Virus record (IMG/VR): IMGVR_UViG_3300033075_000428
Coordinates: 64,001-128,000 of that record
Origin: a virus
Taxonomy: Duplodnaviria; Caudoviricetes
Length of the DNA stretch: 64,000 nt
Reading direction: 5' to 3' (one strand)
Notes under the pieces: generated by a model
Databases searched by the model: none
Told to the model about the DNA's origin: nothing
What the model saw: only the letters and a program-made list of their open reading frames with translations
Program-made: the position numbers and the translations under genes
In this document: one piece after another, positions 46,206-56,377 of the stretch
How the letters are laid out: each line of letters begins with the position of its first letter
Numbering within the stretch: the stretch's first letter is position 1

Positions 46206-46691
46206 TTAGTCGTCATTCGTATCAAACTCATCGATAGACTTCCTCTGCTTTGCTATTTCAAGTAGCATTTCAGCAGAACGTTTCTCTCGAGAGAGTACTT
46301 GAATCTTGTCTTCAATGTCTCGAATTAGCTTTCGTAGTGTTTTCTCCGCTGTCATGGCCTCAACGTTGAGACCTTCAAGATGCGTCTGTATTTCAGATTC
46401 ATTATCCAACGGGAGCAATAGGTCATCTGTTATCACTGTACGCGGGTGACGTGGAGGGGAGTCACTATTATCAATCAACCCATCGGTAAACTGTTTTACT
46501 TCAGCGAAACGTTCTTCATTACGCGTTCTTTTGCGACTTGCTGCAATTGACTGTCTAGTCTTTACATCCAAAGTATTTATGCGATAACGCACAGCGTTAT
46601 ACGTTAGTCCTAGTTCTTCTGCTATTTCATATGCAGTCTTGCCTTGAGCCGCAAGTTTAACTATCTTTCCCAAGATTTGGTCAACAGCCAT
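46206..46691 (-). CDS. HTH DNA-binding protein with a coiled coil
   Basis: GKTAYEIAEELGLTYNAVRY. Confidence 0.7.
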   Translation of the reverse strand: MAVDQILGKIVKLAAQGKTAYEIAEELGLTYNAVRYRINTLDVKTRQSIAASRKRTRNEERFAEVKQFTDGLIDNSDSPPRHPRTVITDDLLLPLDNESEIQTHLEGLNVEAMTAEKTLRKLIRDIEDKIQVLSREKRSAEMLLEIAKQRKSIDEFDTNDD

Positions 46692-46692
46692 G

Positions 46693-47196
46693 TTACTCTC
46701 TCATTCCACGAATATAGGAAAACAACTGCTCTTTTGTAATTGGAAGCGAACGTATGACGTCTCGAACAGTGGCGTGATGGTGTATCATCGCTTTCAACGG
46801 TATGGTGATTTCTTCACCGAGTTCCACCGAGGGTGATTCGACCAGCAATTTACAGTACTCAGTGACACGAACATATGACCTGTCAACTTGTTTTGAAATG
46901 TCACGAAGAGAGATGTTCGACTTGTACATGGAATAGATGTACAGTATCTCCAAACAAGTAATGTGTCTCTTACGAAGATACGTGAAAATCTTCTTCCAAG
47001 TCTCCTCTGGAAAGGCACGTTGTACCTGTTCTGGTAGGTCTTTGTAGTACTCAAAGTTGAAGTGTTCTAATACCTTCTTGACTTCAGAGAACGAGCCGTT
47101 GTTTACCAGTGCTCGACAACAGGAAACGAGGACTTCAATTTGTGGCGGTGTCCAAGACTTTTTTATGAACGTGACGTGTTTAACTGGTTGACTCAT
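46693..47196 (-). CDS. putative HTH protein
   Basis: SLRDISKQVDRSYVRV. Confidence 0.55.
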   Translation of the reverse strand: MSQPVKHVTFIKKSWTPPQIEVLVSCCRALVNNGSFSEVKKVLEHFNFEYYKDLPEQVQRAFPEETWKKIFTYLRKRHITCLEILYIYSMYKSNISLRDISKQVDRSYVRVTEYCKLLVESPSVELGEEITIPLKAMIHHHATVRDVIRSLPITKEQLFSYIRGMRE

Positions 47197-48757
47197 CTAG
47201 CTCTCTTGTTTTTGCTTTGTTAATCTTAGTATCGTCCCAATTCGACTTTGGAACGATTGTCAGCGTCTTCTTAGCACGAGTCACTGCAACATACAGTAGA
47301 TTTTTCTCCTGCTGTATTTGCCATGGTAGTGATGCATGTTTGCTCGGGAATAGGTCTGGACGTATAATGAATACGTTATCAGCTTCTAGTCCTTTTGACT
47401 TATGCGCTGTTGAAAGAACGATTCCTTCTACGTTATCAGAGAACATGCGTTCTATTTCTTCCGTCATCTTGCTAACGTATGCTCGGTCATATCTGGTCTT
47501 CTCTGTGGTGGAACCACCTGAGGAGATACCGTTGAGAACAGACCGATAAATCTTACACTTCTCTTCTGCACCGTCAATCTGGTTGAGAATCTTCACCCTA
47601 AGTACTTCGTCATTACCAACTCTGGACATTGTAGAATGCAAGTTGGATATCAACTTGTCAAAGTAGTCGAATATGTCCTGAGGGAATGATGGTGAAATCT
47701 TCTCAATCTCTGTGATAAGTTCCCGTCCAATGTCACTTCCACGTATTATTGCAATACGTCCATTGCCTATCAGTTGAAAGTATAGTGTGACCAACGGTGA
47801 GTTATTGCGACAAATAACCCAATCTCTCGTCTGTGGGTTGAGCGTTCCAGCAATTACAACTTCACCATCAATCTGTGTCTCTGACTCTTGGATGTGAGGG
47901 ACAATTGTTTGTGCGTGTTTAACAATGCTCTTTGCACAACGATAGCAGATTGACAATGGAAGTTCAACTGTGTCAGGTAAGTTCTTGAGGATGTTGTAGC
48001 TCTCAGGGTCGGCGCCAGCGAAACCGTAAATCGACTGATATGGGTCTCCAACTGCTATCAGTCTGCCTGAACGTGGCTTCAAGATATTGCGAGCAATTTC
48101 AATCTGAATGCGATTCAAGTCCTGAGCTTCGTCCACGAAGACGAAGTCGTACACACGGGGAAATAGCTCTTCTTTGAGTGGTACATACAGCATGTCACTG
48201 AAATCAAACGTCTGCTTATTTGACACGCTATTGTTGAACAACGCTTTAGCATGAATCAACTCCATTCCCGTTACGGGAAGGATTAGATGCTTCGCCATTA
48301 TGTCCATCATTCCCTTCTCAGAAGGGTCGTTGGTCATCTTCATCAGATTGACCATCTTCATCAACGTCTGTCCATAGTTGTATGAAGTGGTCTTCGCATC
48401 TTTGAACTGACGAGTGAATTGAGCTAACTCCCATTTCGGAGACATTACATCCCAAAACAGACGTTGAAGCTTCTTGTCTTCAAGTTTCGCACTATGGTAA
48501 CGTGATTTCAGGTATCTCCACCCAAGTGAGTGAAGAGTTGAAACTTCAACGAATGGCGGTACCTTAGGTCGTAGCTCTTCAACAATGTGTTTGTTGAATG
48601 CAAGGAACAGAATCTTCTTGTCAGTGGGTAGTAAGGTCAACGCATTTACAATGGTTGTTGTCTTCCCAGAACCAGCTACAGCGGAGATTACAGCATTGCC
48701 CCGCTCTTGTTGTATGAAGTCAAAAACCCTTTGCTGGTACTTTGAAGGTTTGAACAC
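47180..48757 (-). CDS. UvrD/Rep-like SF1 helicase
   Basis: AVAGSGKTT, VDEAQD, GDPYQSIYGF, STAHKSKGLE, YVAVTRAK. Confidence 0.93.
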   Translation of the reverse strand: MFKPSKYQQRVFDFIQQERGNAVISAVAGSGKTTTIVNALTLLPTDKKILFLAFNKHIVEELRPKVPPFVEVSTLHSLGWRYLKSRYHSAKLEDKKLQRLFWDVMSPKWELAQFTRQFKDAKTTSYNYGQTLMKMVNLMKMTNDPSEKGMMDIMAKHLILPVTGMELIHAKALFNNSVSNKQTFDFSDMLYVPLKEELFPRVYDFVFVDEAQDLNRIQIEIARNILKPRSGRLIAVGDPYQSIYGFAGADPESYNILKNLPDTVELPLSICYRCAKSIVKHAQTIVPHIQESETQIDGEVVIAGTLNPQTRDWVICRNNSPLVTLYFQLIGNGRIAIIRGSDIGRELITEIEKISPSFPQDIFDYFDKLISNLHSTMSRVGNDEVLRVKILNQIDGAEEKCKIYRSVLNGISSGGSTTEKTRYDRAYVSKMTEEIERMFSDNVEGIVLSTAHKSKGLEADNVFIIRPDLFPSKHASLPWQIQQEKNLLYVAVTRAKKTLTIVPKSNWDDTKINKAKTRELDESTS

Positions 48758-48766
48758 GTAGGAACC

Positions 48767-49258
48767 TTAGTTTAGACAGAGGATTTGTTCACCTATCGGT
48801 GATTTGAAAACTTCATAGCTGTCAGGAAGTCTGCGTACCGAGAGTACGAAATCAAGTATTGAGAACTGAATTGGATGCACGGTTATACAACGTTTGCTAG
48901 TGTTGCTCCTGATTGTGAATGTCCTCTGCTTTGCAATCCTCATGAAGTTGTCTACCAGCGTCATGATTATCAACTGGTCTCTTTGAGAAATCATGTTTAT
49001 GTCAAGGGCACTAAGCCCACGATAGTACTCGTTTGGTTGACAGTTCCTCTCATAATACTCCCTATCAACAGAGAATATTTCTAGCATCTCGTCTTCAGTG
49101 AGAACTAAGGTGTGTTGAACATTCTTCTTCGTGAGGGTATTTGGTGTCACGTTCGATGCGAAACGCAATACACCGAATGGGTCTAGAATGACACTAGCGA
49201 AGAGATAGTCCTGAAGACTCTGAACAAACTGTTCCGAACGATAGATAACAACTCTCAT
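48767..49258 (-). CDS. hypothetical protein
   Basis: ATGA overlap. Confidence 0.6.
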   Translation of the reverse strand: MRVVIYRSEQFVQSLQDYLFASVILDPFGVLRFASNVTPNTLTKKNVQHTLVLTEDEMLEIFSVDREYYERNCQPNEYYRGLSALDINMISQRDQLIIMTLVDNFMRIAKQRTFTIRSNTSKRCITVHPIQFSILDFVLSVRRLPDSYEVFKSPIGEQILCLN

Positions 49259-49485
49259 AAGCTGTTAGTAATTGGCAGTTCGAATAGTGGGCTAATCAAT
49301 AAGCACTTGATGCCTTGTGTTTGTCGATTCTCTGTCCGAACATAGTAACACGTGGTTGGGTCGCCACTTACCTGATAGTGTCGAATGCGTGACACTATCC
49401 CAATGTGTCCATTGTGGCGTGCTTCTTTCGGGTCGAGAGTCTTCTTGATGAGTACTCTGTCCCCTACTTCAAAGATGATTTTCAT
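49255..49485 (-). CDS. small SH3/KOW-like protein
   Basis: FEVGDRVLI...GHIGIV. Confidence 0.55.
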   Translation of the reverse strand: MKIIFEVGDRVLIKKTLDPKEARHNGHIGIVSRIRHYQVSGDPTTCYYVRTENRQTQGIKCLLISPLFELPITNSL

Positions 49486-49541
49486 AAGACCTCACTATAT
49501 TGTGAGTCTTAGAACGAGGAACACAGAGCTAGGAGTGCTTA

Positions 49542-49973
49542 CTACTTGACAGTTCCTATTGTCACCCCGACAACAATGCCTAAACCAGCACCAACGAGAC
49601 CGCCAACAATACCCCACAGAACAGGAGACTGCCAGAACGTTGGCTTATTTAGCTCTGCTAACTTTTGGTAATTCAGTTCATTGACCTTGTAAAGTTCAAT
49701 CTGTTGAGACTGCTTTACAATGATTGAATCGTTAAGACGCACAAGTGATTGAAGGTCGTTAACTTGTGAACGGTAGAGAGCTAGCAATGTATCACGTACG
49801 AGCACTTTTGCTTCTAGAAGCTTGATGCCATTTGTGAGCCCAAGCACTTCCTGTTTCGTGAAATAGTAATATTTCGTTGTGTCAGCAGAAGCAGGAACGG
49901 TGGCGAACCCTGCGACTTGTGCAGAGCAAGTTACTGACAACGCTGAGAAGAGAACTAAGAGGATTGTTTTCAC
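49542..49973 (-). CDS. spanin-like protein (signal peptide, coiled coil, C-terminal TM)
   Basis: MKTILLVLFSALSVTCSA|Q; coiled coil; WGIVGGLVGAGLGIVVG. Confidence 0.45.
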   Translation of the reverse strand: MKTILLVLFSALSVTCSAQVAGFATVPASADTTKYYYFTKQEVLGLTNGIKLLEAKVLVRDTLLALYRSQVNDLQSLVRLNDSIIVKQSQQIELYKVNELNYQKLAELNKPTFWQSPVLWGIVGGLVGAGLGIVVGVTIGTVK

Positions 49974-50338
49974 TTGTTCTTCTCCGCGAAAGTTTTCAAG
50001 AACATGAACCCATTGTCTGGGTTTGTTTCTTTTGGCACCACAACATTTAGTACATTCTTCTCGTACTTTGATATTGTCTGTCCACGCTCTTCTATCTTTG
50101 ATTTCAAAGAGTCACTCTGATTCTTTAGGACAGCAATTTCTCGTGACAGAGCACGGATACTATCCTGTGTCATCCTAATCTCTCGTAGCACATCTTCCTT
50201 TGTATCCGCGAATAGCGAGCGAACAGCGTTTGTCAGGAACATGAGGATGAAGAGCGTCAACAGCCCAAGAGCTATCCACTTGACAATCTGCAGTGCGTTC
50301 TTCTTAACGAAGTCTCTGCTGTCTTCAACAACTGGCAT
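49970..50338 (-). CDS. inner-spanin-like protein (N-terminal TM plus coiled coil)
   Basis: Topology and overlap with the 49542 gene. Confidence 0.45.
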   Translation of the reverse strand: MPVVEDSRDFVKKNALQIVKWIALGLLTLFILMFLTNAVRSLFADTKEDVLREIRMTQDSIRALSREIAVLKNQSDSLKSKIEERGQTISKYEKNVLNVVVPKETNPDNGFMFLKTFAEKNK

Positions 50339-50344
50339 ACATTC

Positions 50345-51028
50345 TCAACTGTGTTTGTTTATACGAACTGGTTTCGTCTGGTTTAAAAGCTCGTAGACGA
50401 ATTGGGTAATGGTCGGAGGGGAAACGTTGCTTGAATGGGTAAAAGCCTCTACAACTTCCCTGAGCGTCAGCGGAGAGTCAAGTGTAACAATCTTCGGTGC
50501 TCGGACGCTATCCTTGATTGTAGAATTCAAGATGTCCATGAACTGACTAGACGGAGAACTCTTCAAGTGATTAGGAAGCGCAAGGTAGAAGTTCAATACA
50601 TTTCTTCGTGACACAGTTCCATCTTCTGTTCTCAAAGAAGATGTGTCTACCTCACTACGCAAATACGACAAACCAACGTGTGCGGTTGAACGGATTAATG
50701 AGTGAAACGCTGTGAATGTTACAGGCAATGGATACTGTATGACAGTATTGAATACACGTTCTGCCTGCTCGTAAAACGGAGTAAAGTACTGACGATAGCG
50801 TTCAATAACTTCTGATTTACACTCAGGGTCGTCCAGAAGGTCTTTGATAATCTCGAGTGTTTTCCTGAACTCAATCACGTCTGAATTCAATGAGTACATC
50901 AAACGAAAGTATGTGTCCTCAGGTAGTGCCTCGAGACCTTGTTTGCTAAGGTTGAAGATAAGCTGGGAACACATCATTACGTGAATTGACCTGTTGTACT
51001 CTTCATAGATTGGTAAGATGTCGTCCAT
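50345..51028 (-). CDS. hypothetical protein
   Basis: 227-aa ORF. Confidence 0.65.
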   Translation of the reverse strand: MDDILPIYEEYNRSIHVMMCSQLIFNLSKQGLEALPEDTYFRLMYSLNSDVIEFRKTLEIIKDLLDDPECKSEVIERYRQYFTPFYEQAERVFNTVIQYPLPVTFTAFHSLIRSTAHVGLSYLRSEVDTSSLRTEDGTVSRRNVLNFYLALPNHLKSSPSSQFMDILNSTIKDSVRAPKIVTLDSPLTLREVVEAFTHSSNVSPPTITQFVYELLNQTKPVRINKHS

Positions 51029-51207
51029 TAGTCTTTGTCCTCAGACTTTGTCAGTACTCTTGTTAATATGTGTATCGCAAGACACAACAGAAACCATAGA
51101 CCAAGGGTGTCAGAATGAAGTAGCATGTAAGCTACACCACCATAGATAAGTATGCTGATACTAAGCATCAACATGATGTAGCTAATGACGAAGAATATTT
51201 TACGCAT
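51028..51207 (-). CDS. 59-aa two-TM membrane protein (absent from the ORF track)
   Basis: MRKIFFVISYIMLMLSISILIYGGVAYMLLHSDTLGLWFLLCLAIHILTRVLTKSEDKD; overlaps both neighbours. Confidence 0.6.
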   Translation of the reverse strand: MRKIFFVISYIMLMLSISILIYGGVAYMLLHSDTLGLWFLLCLAIHILTRVLTKSEDKD

Positions 51208-54200
51208 TTCTCTCCCGTTCTTGTCTACGTTTCTTGAATCTCTCGATTATGTCAGCGTCTTCATCCGAAATAACACTTGGAACAAAACTCTCTTGTTTTT
51301 CCGCTCTCAATTCGTCATCATCGTCTCCAGAGAGAAGTTCGTCCATTAACTCCTGCTGACTTAGGGCAGAAGGACGATGCTGCATGAAAAACTCTTCTTC
51401 CATTATCAACGTGTTGAGAGCACCACAAACACCGTCAGCGCAGTCCTTTCGACCTTTCAATCCATCAGACGCTTTCAACGGGTGGTCAACTTTTCGCTTT
51501 GCTGGGTCATGAATCAAATCTGTTAGCTCAGTAAGCAGATTAGCATCTTCGTAAAACTCGATTCTTCGGTCAAGAATCGCCTCTTTCAAATTGATGTACG
51601 GAAGGTCTGTTTTGTCCACTGAAAGAAGTTCTGAAGCAAACCCCATCCCCTTGAATAGCTGTCGCATGTACGTTGATTGGTAACCGTCTGTTGTCACCTT
51701 CACGATATTGATACCAACTCGGTCACGAAGGTCTTTAATGAACTCAACCATCTTCGTCAATGGTAGCTCTTTCCCTGGAAGTCCAATCGCACGCAAGTTG
51801 AAGTCAACACGGAATGCTTGTTTAAGCTTCGTGATGGTTACCCCATCGATGTTTGTTTCTTCAACCAATTTGTTCTCAGAATTGTATACCATAGCGAGTC
51901 CAAATGCGTCATTAGTAACACCAATATCGATATGAACTGCTCTTGGCTGAGAGTATCCGACTAGAGCAAAGTATGCTTCTAATTTTTCCATGTCGATGAA
52001 GTCGAATACCGATTGCTGTGGATTGTCGAAGTCAAGCTGAACAGGGTACGAAGTGAACGGTGATGACCAAGGTTTCCCGTTGATATTCGTTACAAAGCAT
52101 TCACGAAGGTATGTTCTGTTCTTGATAAGGTTGATGTCGCTGAACGTTGATTTACCAGCAACGTCACGAATGGAGATGTCAAGATCTTTTACAAAAGTAT
52201 CATAGTAAGCATCAGGTACCTCAACGATTTCGAATCCTTCTGGTGCTTCTTCATCTGGCTCAAGTATCTTTGAATCACGATACTGATTACCTATCATGAC
52301 TCTAAAATACTTACCACTATAGATGCCTTGGTGCTCTTTGAACTTCCAAATTGGTTCATCAATGATATATGTCTTGGGATTTGACTTATTCTTCTCAATG
52401 TGTAATTCAAGAAATGATGCTTTCTCATTCTTTGAAGATACAATGAATAGCTGTCCAGGGATGCGACCACCCTTCGTCATGTAGCGTGATTCCATACGAC
52501 GATAGATAGAATTGTAAGTCTTCATAATCTGTGATGAAGATATATCATCTCCTTGGAAGAAGAAGTTAGCCTCATCAACAAGTGCGGAGAATGTATCATG
52601 ACCCAATGAGTGAGAAGCACGAGAACCAACGACAATACCAATATTCTTTGGAAACTGTATAGTGTTATCTGAACGTGTTGGTTTACGACGTTCAGAAAAG
52701 AACGGACTTGTCTCTAACATTGTCTTCAGCTTAGCAAATCCAACGTCACCACTCAACTTCAAAGTCACGTTGAATATTGCAAACATCATAAAACTTCCTG
52801 GTGTCAGGTTGTAATATTGCTGTGGGTTGCGAAGACAAAGTAGCTTGTGCATATGGTAGAGTAGTGCTCCTACAGCGATTGTACTCTTGCCCAACCCAAT
52901 CCCACCAGTCATGCAATTTTTTACCACAATAAAGCTCTCATTTAAAACATAGTTGTGCTCCTCATCAGCAGTAAAGTTGTATACATCTTCAAACCCATCA
53001 AACTCTATAGACACTACTTTGTGGTTAAAATTCTTTACATAGTCATATGGCTTCTCTATCTCCATCTTTCTCATTTTGGAGAATAAACCAGAAGCTGAAC
53101 ACTTCAGCTTTTCAGCTAATTGATGAAGTGTCATCTTACCATTTTCAGTAAGAGTCTTGTCAATTAGTTCTCTCGTAATATCATCACGTCTATTTGGATG
53201 ATTCTTGTTGAACTCTTTTGTTCTCTCACTTTGTTTCTTTCGGTCTTCTAGCGAACGGTCTGACTTCCAGTACTCTGACATCCGCTTGGCTTGTCCTGAA
53301 GAGGACATGTAGTTACCAATCTTCTCTGCTCGAATCTTTCTGGAGTTGACATACTTCTCGTCTTGAGACCTATGAAGTAGGTCAGTTCCTTTCTTGCTGT
53401 TTTCTTTGACTATCTGTAGCGCCTTCTCATCTCTGTTCTTGACCATGTCATTGAACTTATTGAGATTGCTTATAGAAACTGATTTACCATGTTCAGAAGC
53501 TAGCCACTTCTTATGTGCTTCCCTGAGAGTCTTAGTAAAATGTTCTGTTCTCTTAAGAAAGCTCATTCTTCCATTATTACGAAGAATAGGAATCATCTTT
53601 TCTTTATAGTCTTTGCTCTGCCATCTCTCTTTCGACATTTTACTATGCAATACTAGATGTTCAACAGCATCCATTCTAACTATGTTAGTAGGATTGTTGT
53701 CATATCTATTGATATTAATATGATGTCTAACCGTTCCTGAAGAACGCTCATACACGTTATGTCGTAAATTATGTTCATCAGCAAGATGATGAGCCCAAGT
53801 CCAAGTTCCATCGTAAGGATTGAAGATTTGAGTATAGTACTTTTTAGTCCACTTTGGATTTGTACTCTTGTTTATTATTTCTTCTCTGAAATTCACAGAA
53901 AGTAACGAGTCTCCTGGCTTCAGGTCTCTGAGTTTGATTTCAGTTCCGTCCCTCAAGATGAACTTATGGTCTGGAGTTGCTCGAATAACGGAACCATTAT
54001 CTAGCGTAAGCTTCCAAACTTCTGCATTCTCCCGTGTCTTCATTGGTGCCCAAGCACGACAAATCTTGGGCTTCTTGTTTTTCAAGTCCATTGAGTACAC
54101 ATAGAAGTCTTCTCCTGCTTCAGCGAGGGACTTCATAGTCTTCACAGTACCATCAGCGAGTACCACTTCTGTGTCACCAGTAAAGCAAACTTCTATCACA

Positions 54201-54562
54201 CCAGCATTGGGATCCAAAAATCTCTTCAAGTGATGAAGCCAACGAGGGTACAGAGCACCGTTTCCGAGGGTGTTTCCAAGGTAATAGGGGTCTTGGAAGA
54301 AGTCTTCAATTGATGCTGGCTGAGTGTCGTAGTCGACGCTGGTCAACTCATACAGAGTCTGGCTTGTGCCAGAGCTAAAGTGTTCTTCAAGAATTAGTTC
54401 AACGGCTAATCTCTCTTCTTCAGAGAGACTATTCAATGCGGCTAGAATTCTATTGAGGTCTCTCTCACCGAGTATGTCACCAAGCTTGTTATTGAAGTCT
54501 TCAGTCGTAACGTCCCTGACGTGTGCATCAATAATCAAGGGTTTTGATTTTCTCTTTGGCAC
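51200..54562 (-). CDS. terL: terminase large subunit containing an intein (likely GTG start at 54562; ORF open to 54640)
   Basis: Walker A GGIGLGKST; Walker B ALVDEAN; nuclease HIDIG, TTDGYQS and KVDHP...KDCADG. Confidence 0.88.
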   Translation of the reverse strand: MPKRKSKPLIIDAHVRDVTTEDFNNKLGDILGERDLNRILAALNSLSEEERLAVELILEEHFSSGTSQTLYELTSVDYDTQPASIEDFFQDPYYLGNTLGNGALYPRWLHHLKRFLDPNAGVIEVCFTGDTEVVLADGTVKTMKSLAEAGEDFYVYSMDLKNKKPKICRAWAPMKTRENAEVWKLTLDNGSVIRATPDHKFILRDGTEIKLRDLKPGDSLLSVNFREEIINKSTNPKWTKKYYTQIFNPYDGTWTWAHHLADEHNLRHNVYERSSGTVRHHININRYDNNPTNIVRMDAVEHLVLHSKMSKERWQSKDYKEKMIPILRNNGRMSFLKRTEHFTKTLREAHKKWLASEHGKSVSISNLNKFNDMVKNRDEKALQIVKENSKKGTDLLHRSQDEKYVNSRKIRAEKIGNYMSSSGQAKRMSEYWKSDRSLEDRKKQSERTKEFNKNHPNRRDDITRELIDKTLTENGKMTLHQLAEKLKCSASGLFSKMRKMEIEKPYDYVKNFNHKVVSIEFDGFEDVYNFTADEEHNYVLNESFIVVKNCMTGGIGLGKSTIAVGALLYHMHKLLCLRNPQQYYNLTPGSFMMFAIFNVTLKLSGDVGFAKLKTMLETSPFFSERRKPTRSDNTIQFPKNIGIVVGSRASHSLGHDTFSALVDEANFFFQGDDISSSQIMKTYNSIYRRMESRYMTKGGRIPGQLFIVSSKNEKASFLELHIEKNKSNPKTYIIDEPIWKFKEHQGIYSGKYFRVMIGNQYRDSKILEPDEEAPEGFEIVEVPDAYYDTFVKDLDISIRDVAGKSTFSDINLIKNRTYLRECFVTNINGKPWSSPFTSYPVQLDFDNPQQSVFDFIDMEKLEAYFALVGYSQPRAVHIDIGVTNDAFGLAMVYNSENKLVEETNIDGVTITKLKQAFRVDFNLRAIGLPGKELPLTKMVEFIKDLRDRVGINIVKVTTDGYQSTYMRQLFKGMGFASELLSVDKTDLPYINLKEAILDRRIEFYEDANLLTELTDLIHDPAKRKVDHPLKASDGLKGRKDCADGVCGALNTLIMEEEFFMQHRPSALSQQELMDELLSGDDDDELRAEKQESFVPSVISDEDADIIERFKKRRQERERNA
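52916..54187 (-). mobile_element. 424-aa intein with an HNH endonuclease
   Basis: CFTGDTEV start; ATPDHKF (block B); HH.N.N..DN.P.N (HNH); VYNF...HNY...VVKN|C end. Confidence 0.92.
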
Positions 54563-54673
54563 TGTTACCAATCTAGGAAAATTGTGTTCTCTACAATAGA
54601 AACTGGGCACAACAGTACCAATGACTGCTATGCCCAGCATAGAACGAATCTATTTCCTACGAGTTGTGCTACA

Positions 54674-56086
54674 TCAGAACGACACGTAACACCGAGTTGC
54701 TGCTGATTCAACGACGAATTCCAATCCACGCTTCTTGGCAACAAGCTCCATGATGTCCTTGATTTCGGCAGCGGAATAGTCCTTGAATCGTGATTGTGCT
54801 TTCTTCACAGTCACTGAGCTCTCACCTGCATCCTTACGTCGAATGAGGTACTCATAGAGTTGAGTCTCAATTTCAGTAGTGAACGCTTGATTGTTGCCAG
54901 ACTTCTTTTTCTTCGTATCTTCAACCGTTGGAATGACATCTTCTTGATACGAGTTAGGAACCACTACGTCGGTGTCACGCTCTGAATCGTCAGGTGACTT
55001 GAGCTTGCCAATCAATGGTTTCTTAATCTTGACGACAACGTTTGTAGGTGAAGCAGACTTGTCTTCAATTTGAATATACTTTGAGTTGCCACTGTTTCCA
55101 CAAAGGTCAATCAGCATCTCAACAATCGACTTTGAAGACACTCCCTTGAACCTTGACTGCATATTCTTCACAGTAACGGTGGTTAGACCACGTTTCACTG
55201 CACCCTCAAGATAGTTGATGAGGTCAGAGTAGAACAGAGTTCCGACAACTGAGCTATTCGTACCTTCTACCACTGGTGGTTGAGAACGCTTCTTGGCTGT
55301 TGGTCTACCAGTGTTGATGAAGTTCTTCTCAAGGTCAGCAATCGAGATGTAGGTGGTTGGCAAGGTGTATTGGCGGTCAACTTCCCCCAGAACACGATAC
55401 TTACACACCCGCATCTTCGTAGCATCGTGCAGTGGAACCGCAACTACGTCTGCTGGGTCAACTTCGATAATCATGATTCTGTCTCCAGAACCTGAGAAGC
55501 TGTTCACATAGGATTGTGTACCAACGTGAAGTCCTCGTGAGCACTCCTGCCTATTGTTTGCGTCAACGTGCGCACGAAGCATCTCAACAATCGAACCGAC
55601 ACGGTTGTCAATCTTGTTTGTGTGCTTGTCACGATAGTTACTGGTGACTGCTTTGTATGCCAAAAATGTGCCACGGTCTGTTAGTGGCAACTTGTGGTCG
55701 AGGAAGTCGAAGAGATTCGTGCGTGATTCGTCACTTGGGTTCTCTCCAAGACGCTTTGAGAAGAGTCGATAAATCTTCTTTGGGTCATCCTTCAACGAGG
55801 AATCCAAAATCCGACTACACAGAGACATAGGGATTTCAACGTTGTTCTTCCAGAACAACTTCCCATCACGCAAGTTGAACTCATCTTCCGTCTGCTCTCG
55901 GACGATGATTGCTCTGTTCACCAAGACAGCTGTGTCCTTCCACTGCTTCTTGAGCAGAGACGCACAAATGTCATTGAACAAGTTATGTGACGACGGCAGA
56001 GTCATTGTCTGCCCGTCAGGGAAAGCGAACGTCACAGACGCACGAGTAATCACGAAAGCGGGTTCAACGCTTAGGTCTAATGCCAT
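54674..56086 (-). CDS. rIIB: RIIB protein
   Basis: LP.T..G.FLAYK.V...D.HT...CS.GLHV...V.PADVV.VP...KMRVCKY; downstream of rIIA. Confidence 0.88.
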   Translation of the reverse strand: MALDLSVEPAFVITRASVTFAFPDGQTMTLPSSHNLFNDICASLLKKQWKDTAVLVNRAIIVREQTEDEFNLRDGKLFWKNNVEIPMSLCSRILDSSLKDDPKKIYRLFSKRLGENPSDESRTNLFDFLDHKLPLTDRGTFLAYKAVTSNYRDKHTNKIDNRVGSIVEMLRAHVDANNRQECSRGLHVGTQSYVNSFSGSGDRIMIIEVDPADVVAVPLHDATKMRVCKYRVLGEVDRQYTLPTTYISIADLEKNFINTGRPTAKKRSQPPVVEGTNSSVVGTLFYSDLINYLEGAVKRGLTTVTVKNMQSRFKGVSSKSIVEMLIDLCGNSGNSKYIQIEDKSASPTNVVVKIKKPLIGKLKSPDDSERDTDVVVPNSYQEDVIPTVEDTKKKKSGNNQAFTTEIETQLYEYLIRRKDAGESSVTVKKAQSRFKDYSAAEIKDIMELVAKKRGLEFVVESAATRCYVSF

Positions 56087-56152
56087 TGTCTCACCTAGGT
56101 TTAGTTTCAAACACGAGTGAATTAGAGAACGAAAAACTCTGTGTACAGTTTG

Positions 56153-56377
56153 TTAGGACTGCTTGTTTCTTCTGCGCTGTTCTTCTTCCATGACAAGTGC
56201 TGAGCCAAGAAACAAGAACCCTGCGATGCATAATAGGAAGTATCCAGACAATGTCTCTGTGAACTTCTGACCATGCATAATCAGTGGCAAAGATTCTATT
56301 CCAAAGAATACAGAACCAAGAATCATTGAAGAAACTTCAACGAGAAACAACACTCGTCTCAGTGATTCTTTAGTCAT
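56153..56377 (-). CDS. small two-TM membrane protein between rIIA and rIIB
   Basis: Two hydrophobic segments and a basic C-terminus. Confidence 0.6.
   Translation of the reverse strand: MTKESLRRVLFLVEVSSMILGSVFFGIESLPLIMHGQKFTETLSGYFLLCIAGFLFLGSALVMEEEQRRRNKQS

Noticed and set aside
54563-54640. N-terminal 26 residues of the terminase ORF
   Set aside because: The ATG coincides with the promoter-like motif; GTG at 54562 is the more plausible start.
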